A stretch of DNA of 64,000 bases, taken from assembly GCA_963719505.1 (NCBI GenBank), contig CAVRCF010000001.1, positions 1,056,001 through 1,120,000 of the forward strand, read 5' to 3'. Both the position numbers and the translations under genes were made by a program. Shown in pieces: positions 51,033 to 60,184 of this stretch. Every line of letters begins with the position of its first letter. Positions within the stretch are counted from its first letter, which is position 1. This DNA is from Halobacteriovoraceae bacterium (GTDB lineage: Bacteria > Bdellovibrionota > Bacteriovoracia > Bacteriovoracales > Bacteriovoracaceae). The notes below the pieces were generated by a model. That model searched no databases, had not been told where the DNA came from, and worked only from the letters and a program-made list of their open reading frames with translations.

Positions 51033-51654
51033 AAATATAGCCTTTGCCCCTAATAGAAACAATTTCGTCGCTGAGACTCGGTAGCTTCTTTCTTAAATTG
51101 GATATATGTGTATTGACAGCGTTTATTGCTTTTATATCATTGTTGTAGATATGCTGATGTAACTCTTCTTTAAAAATTAATTTGCCAGGAAATTTGAGAA
51201 GAAGGGATAAAATTTTAAATTCAATATCAGTCAACTTTGTTTCAACTCCATCAATTTTAATTGAACTCATAGAAGGATTTAAAATCCTAGTATTCGTCGC
51301 AGGTGGGGATAGGCTCTCAATCATACTTATGAGTTCAAGAACTCTAAAAGGCTTTTCAATAAACCTATCAACTCCACAATTGACAGCCGCGATTGCTAGC
51401 TCTTTTGAAGAGTGAGCTGTCATGAGTATAAATTTGGGAGGAGTAAAGTTTTGTTTTAGTCGGCTCAGAACTTGAAGTCCATTACTTATGCCCAAGTTAT
51501 AGTCTTGAACTACGATATCATATGAGTGATTATCGATGGCTTGCAATGCATCGGCAAGTGAGTACGCACTTTTTGTGTAGAATCCTCTGCCCTTCAATGC
51601 TTTATCAAGATTATTTGTAAAAAAAATATCATCATCAACGATTAATATTCTCAT
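51016..51654 (-). CDS. OmpR-family response regulator
   Basis: ILIVDDD, QDYNL, FIEKPF, LTDIEF...HISNLRKK...IRGKGY. Confidence 0.93.
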   Translation of the reverse strand: MRILIVDDDIFFTNNLDKALKGRGFYTKSAYSLADALQAIDNHSYDIVVQDYNLGISNGLQVLSRLKQNFTPPKFILMTAHSSKELAIAAVNCGVDRFIEKPFRVLELISMIESLSPPATNTRILNPSMSSIKIDGVETKLTDIEFKILSLLLKFPGKLIFKEELHQHIYNNDIKAINAVNTHISNLRKKLPSLSDEIVSIRGKGYIYEVIT

Positions 51655-51756
51655 AATTTAGACTCTCGCTTAATTTTTTTTTATTAAACCTTGGTGCATA
51701 TCAATCTTCAAGCTTTATTAGACTATGTTGCGGCGCAGTTGTTGACTCGGCTTTAT

Positions 51757-51783
51757 TCTTGAACAAATCTTGAATATCTTAAC
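51757..51783 (+). promoter_or_regulatory. Putative OmpR-type direct-repeat operator
   Basis: TCTTGAA at 51757 and 51768 (11-bp period) and TCTTAAC at 51777, between the divergent regulator and lipoprotein genes. Confidence 0.45.
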
Positions 51784-51839
51784 TCTAGATTTCTAGCATA
51801 ATAACACTATCAACAAAAAATAATATCAGGAGGATATTA

Positions 51840-52799
51840 ATGAAAAAATTAATTCTTAGTTCTATTGTTATAGCATCATTTGTTTCTTGTGGAGGATCAG
51901 GTGGAGGTGGAAGTAAATCAAGTAAAACGGGTCTTATTCCGCTTCCCGATATTGAATGCTCAGGAAGCGCCTGCATATCTGCAAATAGCCTAACGAGTAA
52001 AGATGCTAACACTGTTGGTGCTGCTGCGATTGAATATTACACAGAAGCAAAAGATGATGTTTTGCCTTCTTTAGAAACCTTGGTAAATAAGGTTAGCGAT
52101 GTTCTTGTAGCTGCTGGAAATGAATCTTGTTCAGCTATACCAACAAGTGGTACTGATACTGCAGATGGCATCGAATTAGTGTATGGTACTCCCGTAAATG
52201 CAAATATATTCGGAGCAAATAGAAATTTAACGAAAAAACTCATCGCTAAAAAGGGAGGGGTTAAATTTTTTGAAGCAGAGTTTTCTTGTGAGGGGACTAG
52301 TTTTGCTGGATACATAATTGCAGACTTTTCAATATATGATGCAGACGAAACTATGAGTACTGCAATCTACTTTAATATGGATGGAGATACAAAGAAAGTA
52401 TCTATCTATGAGACTTATACTGAGAGTTCAAAAAACCAAAGTTATATTCTAAATTTCAGCTCTAACGGTAATGTATTTGAAGCATCTTTTGCCTGGGATG
52501 GTGATTTATCAAGTACAGCTGCAAATGCAGATTCAGAAGAGATCTATATGATTTCATATCTCAACAACAAATCTAATGTTAGTTATTATAATCCAAGTAA
52601 CAATGTAAATTTAGCTTCATCACTTGGAAGTCCAGATGAAAATTACTGTTTCGATGGCCAGGTTTTGGGTACAGGATGTCCTGCTTTTACAGTTCTGAGC
52701 CAGGGAAGTAATATTGAAGGCTTAAACTCTACGACAAGTGGTAGCGCTACTGGGGAATTCTCTATTGCGAAATTGAGAGCATTATCTATCTCTTTATAA
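51840..52799 (+). CDS. Hypothetical lipoprotein
   Basis: AGGAGG RBS; FVSC lipobox followed by a Gly/Ser linker. Confidence 0.85.
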   Translation: MKKLILSSIVIASFVSCGGSGGGGSKSSKTGLIPLPDIECSGSACISANSLTSKDANTVGAAAIEYYTEAKDDVLPSLETLVNKVSDVLVAAGNESCSAIPTSGTDTADGIELVYGTPVNANIFGANRNLTKKLIAKKGGVKFFEAEFSCEGTSFAGYIIADFSIYDADETMSTAIYFNMDGDTKKVSIYETYTESSKNQSYILNFSSNGNVFEASFAWDGDLSSTAANADSEEIYMISYLNNKSNVSYYNPSNNVNLASSLGSPDENYCFDGQVLGTGCPAFTVLSQGSNIEGLNSTTSGSATGEFSIAKLRALSISL

Positions 52800-52809
52800 A
52801 AATAATTGA

Positions 52810-52841
52810 CCGTCACGTTAATCGTGACGGCATTCTTTTTT
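52810..52841 (+). terminator. Intrinsic terminator
   Basis: CCGTCACG-TTAAT-CGTGACGG followed by a T-rich tract. Confidence 0.75.
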
Positions 52842-52882
52842 AGTTACAAACTTAAAACTCGATAAATTTCTAATTCAAAACA

Positions 52883-52911
52883 GGGCACAATGATTATTGT
52901 GCCCGTCTTTT
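52883..52911. terminator. Second terminator-like hairpin
   Basis: GGGCACAAT-GATT-ATTGTGCCC followed by GTCTTTT. Confidence 0.5.
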
Positions 52912-52984
52912 AAGTCGTTAATACAACCTTTCTCTTGACGCAAAGACAGAAAATTCGATAAGTTACTCAGAAAAAGTGGTTGAA

Positions 52985-53510
52985 ATGAAATTTGTCTAAA
53001 TGTTTTATTATCTAAGGAGTATTCATCTCAGACTCATTAGATTAATAGAGCCAGTCTCAACGTAGCCTTCGGACACTCAATTAGGAACCCTCCTTGTCTG
53101 TGTTTACATGTGGTTCATCTAATTTTTTTATTGTTTAATTAGTGGTTTAGAGTTCGAGAGATTTGTCGCTTCAATAGCACTGTCTATCTACTTAACAAGT
53201 ATAATTCTTTCAAAAATGCGTATATTAGGTAAAGAGGTACTCTTAAACATATCTTGCTTTCTCACGAGCACAGGTATTCTAGCGTGCAACTTAGATAGCG
53301 GAATGTAAGTCAACCCAACTTATATATTTCTTGCAACTTCTTCTATATTTTGTATTCCTCAGGTTGGCATAGTTAAGGGATTGTTTGGGGCTTGTTATAG
53401 TAAGAGATTTTTGTAAAAAAGAAAATATTCACTTCGAAATTTCAGGATCCGGTAAATGTACTGTAGCTGAACTAAATTTTAAAAAAGAAAGAAATGAATG
53501 TCTTAACTAA
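52985..53510 (+). pseudogene. Decayed, internally deleted paralogue of the sensor kinase at 54971-56209
   Basis: Manual translation gives SIHLRLI...CVYMWFI*FFYC...SGM*VNPTY...GIVKGLF, then a frame change to LGLVIVRDFCKKENIHFEI. These match ESHLKVI, CLYTWLIQIFYC, AYLNPTI, GLKEGAV and VGLEIIKDYCEKNNLLFRI of the intact kinase. Four in-frame stops. Confidence 0.85.
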
Positions 53511-53549
53511 TTGTTTCGTTATAATGGTGCTTTTTAGTCAAGGATTTAA

Positions 53550-54146
53550 TTAGGCATTTAGATGAAATTTATACCCTTTACCCCTGACATTTTTTAAGTT
53601 TTGTTTGTATAGATTTACTTTCTTTTTTAAATTTGTAAGATGGGTAGATAAATTATGATTTACGGTTATAGTTCCTTTTCCCCATAAATATTCTTCAATA
53701 GTTTCTTTTAGTAAAGTTTTGTTTTTTCTATCGTAAAAAAATTTCGCGAGCTTGAACTTAGTGCTTGTCAGGTAAATATTGGCACCTTCATACATTAGAA
53801 TGTTCTCGCTAGAAAGAAATGAAATATGATTTTTTTTTGTGTGACTGATTTCATGCATTGACTGACGAATCTTTTTCAAGCTATCTGAAGTCAAGGAAGA
53901 CCTGTCATCGACAAGAGATGCCTTTAGGAAGCACGGAGGTGATTTGATCACTTTACATAGAGCTCTCAGGTTTCTTTCCATGAAATTGTCTGGGGCACTA
54001 ATGAAAATAACAAGGTCATTATCTTTCTGAGAAAGCTCATCTATTACTTCAGAAGTAGTTCTAGCGATAGTTATATCTTTGGATAATTCAAGTTCATATC
54101 TCTTACAAGAAGTCGTAAATTTGTTGTCTATAATAAGTATATTCAT
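53550..54146 (-). CDS. Winged-helix regulator with degenerate receiver domain
   Basis: C-terminal LTSTKF...LSTHLTNLKKK...NVRGKGY; the receiver lacks the phospho-Asp (LVIFIS). Confidence 0.75.
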   Translation of the reverse strand: MNILIIDNKFTTSCKRYELELSKDITIARTTSEVIDELSQKDNDLVIFISAPDNFMERNLRALCKVIKSPPCFLKASLVDDRSSLTSDSLKKIRQSMHEISHTKKNHISFLSSENILMYEGANIYLTSTKFKLAKFFYDRKNKTLLKETIEEYLWGKGTITVNHNLSTHLTNLKKKVNLYKQNLKNVRGKGYKFHLNA

Positions 54147-54299
54147 AAAATAATTTAATCATATTCTTGAAAAAACCTAAATGCTTTGAAAGGTAAAACT
54201 GATTACCTTTGGTGTAAGTTATTGATAAAAAAAGACCTTAAGAAAAATAAAATAAAAGGTCGCGTTGATTTTGTAGGCTTCGAGTGGTTAAATTAGGGA

Positions 54300-54983
54300 A
54301 TGTTAAAGAATATTCTTATCGTAGACGATGATCAAGACTTCATTGATTTGTACACTGCTTTTCTTGGAAAAGAATTTCAGATACATGCTGTAACGAGTCT
54401 GAAAGAGTGTTTATCCTTTTTAGCAAAAAATCCTTTTAAAATAGACTTGATTCTTTGTGATATCTTTATGCCGGAATCGGATGGCTTTGAGGTTTTTGAT
54501 TATTTGCGTTCAAAAAAAGAGTATTCATTTTATCCCATTGTGTTTAAGACATCTTCTTTGAATCAGAATGTCCTTAATGAGTGCTTACTAGCAAAGAACA
54601 CTGAGCTTATAAGTACTTTGATGAGTAATCAAGAAATCGTGATCAGAATCAAAAGTGAACTTAAGAATTCTAATTTGATCAAATATCACGTGAACTCAAA
54701 CCTTGCTTTATTGATTGATAAAGTCAGAGGTGAGATCCTTTATCCGACCCCACCATTTCAATTGTCGTTTACGAAGACTGAACTTGATATTATTGAATTG
54801 CTCGCGTGCAGTACATCTGCTTTGGCAAGGGAAGATGTCATCACGAAAGTTTTTGGTGAGGGCTATCATTTAACCGAAAATAATTTTAATACAGTTCTTT
54901 CCGGAATTCGAAAAAAACTTTGTGAATTTTCGATCTCTATAAAATCTATCAGGGGAAAAGGTATCGTATTGTGCCAAGCTTGA
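54300..54983 (+). CDS. OmpR-like response regulator
   Basis: ILIVDDD, LCDIFMPESDG, FTKTE...IRKK...SIRGKG. Confidence 0.9.
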   Translation: MLKNILIVDDDQDFIDLYTAFLGKEFQIHAVTSLKECLSFLAKNPFKIDLILCDIFMPESDGFEVFDYLRSKKEYSFYPIVFKTSSLNQNVLNECLLAKNTELISTLMSNQEIVIRIKSELKNSNLIKYHVNSNLALLIDKVRGEILYPTPPFQLSFTKTELDIIELLACSTSALAREDVITKVFGEGYHLTENNFNTVLSGIRKKLCEFSISIKSIRGKGIVLCQA

Positions 54984-56209
54984 ACAAAGCCTCGTCATTT
55001 CTTATTGAGAGCCATTTAAAAGTGATTAATTATTTTCTTTCTAGTTATGAAGATAGAGAGGATTTAAATATAAAAGTCGGTTTTACGCTAACATGTCTAT
55101 ATACTTGGCTTATACAAATTTTCTATTGTGCCTCAGAGGGTTTACCATTTGTTTCTTTAGTGTGTGCTGTGTCTTGTGCTGTATACTTGATTTCAATGTA
55201 CTGCCTAAAGAAAAAATACATCAGAGATTTGGCTTTCTCGCGAGCAATAATTCTTATTTCGATTCTAAACTTGAATATATGTTATCTGAGTGCGGGAGCA
55301 TACCTAAATCCGACAATCGTTTGGTTCATGGCTATCCCAGTAGTTTCTGTAACCCTCAGGGGGTTAAAAGAAGGTGCTGTTTGGAGTTTAATCTCCTCAA
55401 CCTTAACTATAATATTGATGGAACTCTACAAACTACTAAATTGGGACCTCAAAGTGTGGAGTAATGAACAGATTTTTAACGTCGGACAAAGCAATATGTT
55501 CACTGGGCCAGTTCTATTCTACTTAATGTTTGGATTCTTTTACTTTAGCAGAAATGAATTTCAAAAAAAAATTGAATCGCAAGCTCTTGATCTTAAGAAA
55601 ATCGCTTTTGAAAAAGAGAAACTACTTAATGTTATTTTTCATGACCTTGGGAGAAATACATCTCTGCTATCTGGTTACATTGAAGTCTTTGGAGATAGAG
55701 ACCTTGATGTCGAACAAAGGGCTAAAATATACAGATATACGGAAGAGATAAAGAGTGTTTTGCTAAATGCTAAGAATTTGGATTCCCATTCTCTAGGGGA
55801 GAGTGAAGAGAGAATAAATATATTTCAGCTATTTCAAGATGTACAACATATGTTCAGAGAAAAACTAGCTAAAAAGAATCTAGAACTTCATTTTAAAGGG
55901 GATAAAAGCGTAGAAGTATTTATCAATAAGACTCATCTACAGACTCATATTCTTGGGAATTTAGTTTCAAATGCAATTAAGTTTTCTCATGAGGGAGAAG
56001 ATATTATATTTCGCGTTGAGGACAAAAAGATTGAGGTTTTAAATCATGGAGTCCGATTCACCAATGAGCAAAAAGATGGAACTTTTGGAGAAAAGGGAAG
56101 TGGAGTTGGGCTTGAGATTATAAAAGATTACTGTGAAAAAAATAATTTACTCTTTAGGATAAAAGCACTTACTGATGTAAAGACTTTAGCCACGATAGTA
56201 TTTCGTTAA
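54971..56209 (+). CDS. Multi-TM sensor histidine kinase
   Basis: About five TM helices; IFHDL, NLVSNAIKFS, NHGV, GEKGSGVGL. Confidence 0.9.
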   Translation: MPSLNKASSFLIESHLKVINYFLSSYEDREDLNIKVGFTLTCLYTWLIQIFYCASEGLPFVSLVCAVSCAVYLISMYCLKKKYIRDLAFSRAIILISILNLNICYLSAGAYLNPTIVWFMAIPVVSVTLRGLKEGAVWSLISSTLTIILMELYKLLNWDLKVWSNEQIFNVGQSNMFTGPVLFYLMFGFFYFSRNEFQKKIESQALDLKKIAFEKEKLLNVIFHDLGRNTSLLSGYIEVFGDRDLDVEQRAKIYRYTEEIKSVLLNAKNLDSHSLGESEERINIFQLFQDVQHMFREKLAKKNLELHFKGDKSVEVFINKTHLQTHILGNLVSNAIKFSHEGEDIIFRVEDKKIEVLNHGVRFTNEQKDGTFGEKGSGVGLEIIKDYCEKNNLLFRIKALTDVKTLATIVFR

Positions 56210-56363
56210 TAAATGTAAGGTTCTATTTTTTGACTTGCTGCGCAAGTGTAAGTATCCCATGTCATACAATGAAGTCAGTTCTCTCTTATATTCAAAATAA
56301 ACTACATTTTACATTCTGTAGAAGTGATCTATAATTTTATTTAAAAAAAATAAGGATTTTATT

Positions 56364-56630
56364 ATGATCGGTGCAAAACACATACTTGTAGATAAAAACT
56401 TCGAAGCAGAAGATATTCTAAAAAAACTTGCTGACGGTGCTGAGTTTGAACAACTTGCAAAAGATTTTTCAAATTGCGGTTCTGCCTCTCAAGGCGGAGA
56501 CCTTGGAGAGTTTTCCAAAGGGATGATGGTTAAGCCTTTTGAAGATGCGGTTTTAGAATTAAATGTTGGAGAAACCTCTGGGATCGTTAAAACTCAATTT
56601 GGTCACCATATTATTCTGAGAACAAAATAA
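56364..56630 (+). CDS. ppiC: Parvulin peptidyl-prolyl isomerase
   Basis: AKHILV, FEQLAKDFS, GGDLG, GMMVKPF, TQFGHHII. Confidence 0.95.
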   Translation: MIGAKHILVDKNFEAEDILKKLADGAEFEQLAKDFSNCGSASQGGDLGEFSKGMMVKPFEDAVLELNVGETSGIVKTQFGHHIILRTK

Positions 56631-56658
56631 AAAAAGCCCGACTTTCATCGGGCCTTTT
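56631..56658. terminator. Bidirectional intrinsic terminator
   Basis: AAAAAGCCCGA-CTTTCA-TCGGGCCTTTT between convergent genes. Confidence 0.8.
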
Positions 56659-56682
56659 CTTATTTAACACATTTAAAAATTC

Positions 56683-57846
56683 TTAAATACAGTATCCTTC
56701 ACTTATTGCTAGTGCTAGAAGACAAGCTGCGTTTGTTTTTTGAGATCCTGCTGTACACCCGTAAAGGTGAAGGTCAGTAACTCTTGTGCTTGAGCAGATA
56801 GAACCATCTTGCATTGGGTATGGTTTACCATCAACTTCTACTTGATAGTTACAAGTATTAGATTTTTCAATCTTACAGTTATTGTATCCACCTCTTTTTC
56901 CAAGCTTAAATAAAGATCTTGGGCTTGTTGAAGAAAGGAAGCTGTCAATGTTTGCTATTTGAGTTGGTGAAAGATTATTAATCAATCCCGGGATCTCATC
57001 ATAGTTGTCAGTTGGTTTTAAACTTGGATCCACTCGTTCCATACAGATGTATTTTTGAGCTGTGTGATCTTCGTTTAACTGATCTCTTTTTGCTGCACAT
57101 TGATCGAAAGCTAGATTACACTCCATAGCATAAAATGTTTTTACGACCTTTGTTTTGTCAGTCTCGTCCGAAGAATCGAGATCGACAAGCTCGTAATTAC
57201 ATTTGTCCACTGGTGAGTATCTGTATCTATAACCATTATGAACAATATATGGATAGTTATCGATACAGCTATAACCTGAGTTATAAGTATAGCTTACTGG
57301 TTCCATAACCCAGCTTGACTGGTATATCATTCTACTGTTTACACTTGTGTGGTAGTCAACTGGTGAGTGATATCGACCAGAAGCATAGGTACAGTCATTG
57401 AAGTTGTTATATCTTCTATGAGCAAAAACTCTGTATCTATTACCGTGATAAACTCTAATCGCACCAATGTTTCCAGATCTCACTCTACTGTACTGCTCAT
57501 GTCTTTGAGAAAGGATAGGAGCTGTATTTCTTCCTCTCATTCTGTTTCTTCCACGTGCAACGTATGTTGATGTGTAAGATCCACTTGAGTATGATCCACC
57601 TGAATATGAAGATCCACTGCTTGAAGAGCCACCTGAATATGAAGATCCACTGCTTGATGATCCAGAGCTACTACCGTAGCTTGAAGCGCCACGACTTACA
57701 GTTGAACTACTTGATCCACCAGAGCTTGAAGAGCCACCAGTTCTTGAGGATGTTCTTCCTCTTGAAGGCCTGTTTCTTTGTGCCATAACTTCTGTTGCTA
57801 CAAAAAAGCAAAGCACAGATAAAATAAGATATTTATTAAATTTCAT
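56683..57846 (-). CDS. Secreted protein with Ser/Gly/Tyr low-complexity region, Arg-rich segment and Cys-rich C-terminal domain
   Basis: Signal peptide, SSSGSSYSGG repeats, multiple paired Cys. Confidence 0.8.
   Translation of the reverse strand: MKFNKYLILSVLCFFVATEVMAQRNRPSRGRTSSRTGGSSSSGGSSSSTVSRGASSYGSSSGSSSSGSSYSGGSSSSGSSYSGGSYSSGSYTSTYVARGRNRMRGRNTAPILSQRHEQYSRVRSGNIGAIRVYHGNRYRVFAHRRYNNFNDCTYASGRYHSPVDYHTSVNSRMIYQSSWVMEPVSYTYNSGYSCIDNYPYIVHNGYRYRYSPVDKCNYELVDLDSSDETDKTKVVKTFYAMECNLAFDQCAAKRDQLNEDHTAQKYICMERVDPSLKPTDNYDEIPGLINNLSPTQIANIDSFLSSTSPRSLFKLGKRGGYNNCKIEKSNTCNYQVEVDGKPYPMQDGSICSSTRVTDLHLYGCTAGSQKTNAACLLALAISEGYCI
57596..57657. repeat. 33-bp-period coding tandem duplication
   Basis: CCACCTGAATATGAAGATCCACTGCTTGA at 57596 and 57629; encodes SSSGSSYSGG. 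Confidence 0.8.
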
Positions 57847-57900
57847 TTTTGATCCTATTTATTTTTAGTTTAAAGTTAAGTTCGTACGTTTTCTATTTTC

Positions 57901-58833
57901 TTAGTTACAGTCAGAAAGTCCTGCTACCGCAAATACTGCACCGATACCACCAACGATTCCTGCTGCAATTCCTTGTTTAGAAGCTGCTGCACGTCTTTCA
58001 TCTACTCTGTTAAGTTCTGATGCTTCTTCTACTTCAAGGTTTGCAAGGTCAGCTGAGTATTGATTTTCAAAATATACTAAATCAACGTTTACTTCACCGA
58101 TTAGCGCGCGTGCGTCAGAGATAAAAAATTCGTTGTCTCTTTGAAGAAGTCTCATTTGCTCTACTTCAGCTTGAGAGTAATTACCAGAGTCAATTCTTCT
58201 TTGAAGCTCAGTGATTTCGTCTTCGTAGTAGATAATATCTGATTCATAAGTCGTTATTTCTAATTCAAGGTCAGCAACAGTGTTTAAGTAGTCTTGTTGC
58301 TTTCTTCTTTTTTGCTCAATGTATTCTTGAGTAACAAGTTCTTTAGATGCAGAAGCATTAACCATTGCGATAATACCTAAAACAACTCCTACTGCGATAA
58401 GTGGAAGACCAATCGTTTTTCCAGCAGAACAACTCATAAAGTTAGAACCTGTTGAGTGAGTTTTTTCAAAAGCATTTTGAAGAACAAAAGAAAGATCATC
58501 TTTTCCAAGGTCTTCTAGAGAGTCAACGTCCTCTAAAGTTGTATCAAGCATTTCATTGAAGCTATTGTAAGCTTCTTGTGAACTGTTTTTTGCCACGTAT
58601 AATTGAAGCTCACCAGAAGTTACTTTTGAGTCGATAAGTTTATCAACTAAAACTTCAGTAGCGATTTTCATATCTTTTCCACCGATGAAAACATTCTTTT
58701 TAAATTCTGAAAAGATTGCTTCAACGTTTTGCTTTTTAGAAACAACAGGTGTTGTTGTCATCGCATACGTTGGTGTGATTGTTGTTGTAAATAAAAGTAC
58801 CCCTAGCATTGATGTCGAAATAAGTTTTTTCAT
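57901..58833 (-). CDS. Secreted coiled-coil protein with two Gly/Ala-rich hydrophobic helices
   Basis: Signal peptide; GLPLIAVGVVLGIIAM, a long acidic coiled coil, then GIAAGIVGGIGAVFAVAG. Confidence 0.8.
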   Translation of the reverse strand: MKKLISTSMLGVLLFTTTITPTYAMTTTPVVSKKQNVEAIFSEFKKNVFIGGKDMKIATEVLVDKLIDSKVTSGELQLYVAKNSSQEAYNSFNEMLDTTLEDVDSLEDLGKDDLSFVLQNAFEKTHSTGSNFMSCSAGKTIGLPLIAVGVVLGIIAMVNASASKELVTQEYIEQKRRKQQDYLNTVADLELEITTYESDIIYYEDEITELQRRIDSGNYSQAEVEQMRLLQRDNEFFISDARALIGEVNVDLVYFENQYSADLANLEVEEASELNRVDERRAAASKQGIAAGIVGGIGAVFAVAGLSDCN

Positions 58834-58887
58834 GTGTTCTCCTAAAACTTTGGTTAAGTGTGAAACAATAAGTGTTTCCTAGCTAGG

Positions 58888-58903
58888 AGCAATATCGATG
58901 CCA
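58888..58903 (-). promoter_or_regulatory. Sigma-54 (-24/-12) promoter
   Basis: Minus strand TGGCATCGATATTGCT (GG-N10-GC), 55 bp upstream of the ATG at 58833 with an AGGAG RBS. Confidence 0.75.
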
Positions 58904-59002
58904 ATGTTTGAGTGGTTTTGTCGGGCTTTGGGGCGCGCATTATGGAACCGGTGACAATGCGTCTCGCGTTAAGGGTGCCACTGCGGCCCGCGTTAGAGCT
59001 TT

Positions 59003-60184
59003 TTAAAAGCCAAAGCTTTGAAGAAGAGTGTTGAATTGAAATTGTGCGAAGGTAGAGTTATCTATTTTGATAAGGGCTTTTTTCAAAGAGGGGATAAGGT
59101 CTCTCTTTAATTCTTTGCCTTCTCTTTCACTTAAAATTTTCACAGCTTCATAAACAAGAGTAGATGCTTTTTCTTCACCATACTGAGTTTTCAAAGCGTA
59201 GAGAAATTTGAAAGAGAAATCGAGCTGTGCATATTTAGAGTCTTCCATGGAGTAGGCATACATCTTTCCTTTTTTAGCATCAATTTCAACTAGACCTTTA
59301 GAATATCCTCGAGTTCTGTGAAGGATTGAGTCTGTCTTTCCTATCATTGCCGCATAAAAATTGGCCACACCTTCAACCACTGGTGCATGCTTGTCAATAC
59401 TGAGATGCTCGCTTAGAGCATAGTGAGAGTATTCGTGATAGATGACTTCTGGAATCATTGCGGCATCTAAGTAAAGAGTATTCTTGAAAGGTTTTGTGGC
59501 CCACTTTAAAACGTGTGGAACAACAGCTGTTACACCTATAGACATGGCAAGACTTTGAGCATAGAAACCAGCTCCAAACCCAGTCCCTCTTACGAGGTCA
59601 ATTCCTATCGTTGTCGCTTGTGATTGTCCAACCCCCAAAAGAAGAGAAGACATAAAAGGTCCAGACGTTATAATTTCTGCGGCTCTGTAAGTTGAGTTAT
59701 CAACTTTGACTGGTTTTTTAGGAGCAAACCAAATCTCATAAAACCACGGCCTATCCACAATACGAGACTGTCCGCTTGGTGGGATAGTTACTGCATTATT
59801 ATAAAAGAGACCATTATTTTCATGCATCATATGAACGGACTCTTCAAAGCCCAGGTCCATTTCAATACGAAGGTTTATTGTTCTGGCCCTTTCGAATCTT
59901 TTTAACGCAAAGTTTGAAATAAAGAAATCCTTCGCAATAGTAGAGTGGTAATAAACCGTACAAGCTCTTAGGGCATCGGTAGAATCAAAAGCCACTGGGC
60001 CTTCAGAGTTTTTCTTTATTATTTTTAGGTACTCACCATGGAAGTGAGTTGTCGAAACCAGGTCTTTTATTTGAACCTTTTTGATCACAAGCTTTTTCTT
60101 ATGGCCTCTCACAAGAGCATTACATTCACTCTCGAGAGCAAAAAGACTACTAGAAAGTAAATATATGAAGATCAGAAGTTTCAT
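59003..60184 (-). CDS. Secreted gluzincin-type metallopeptidase
   Basis: Signal peptide from ATG 60184; YNNA, VIYHEYSH and downstream VVEGVANFY third-ligand motif. Confidence 0.8.
   Translation of the reverse strand: MKLLIFIYLLSSSLFALESECNALVRGHKKKLVIKKVQIKDLVSTTHFHGEYLKIIKKNSEGPVAFDSTDALRACTVYYHSTIAKDFFISNFALKRFERARTINLRIEMDLGFEESVHMMHENNGLFYNNAVTIPPSGQSRIVDRPWFYEIWFAPKKPVKVDNSTYRAAEIITSGPFMSSLLLGVGQSQATTIGIDLVRGTGFGAGFYAQSLAMSIGVTAVVPHVLKWATKPFKNTLYLDAAMIPEVIYHEYSHYALSEHLSIDKHAPVVEGVANFYAAMIGKTDSILHRTRGYSKGLVEIDAKKGKMYAYSMEDSKYAQLDFSFKFLYALKTQYGEEKASTLVYEAVKILSEREGKELKRDLIPSLKKALIKIDNSTFAQFQFNTLLQSFGF

Noticed and set aside
49811-56363. Integrative element or prophage at tRNA-Arg
   Set aside because: No integrase or phage genes and no duplicated tRNA 3' end; short CCTCAGG matches near 53357 and 55354 are chance-level.
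57571-57745. Repetitive GATCCAC/GAAGA tract as a CRISPR array or ncRNA
   Set aside because: The period is a multiple of 3 and the tract lies in frame in a Ser/Gly-rich coding linker.
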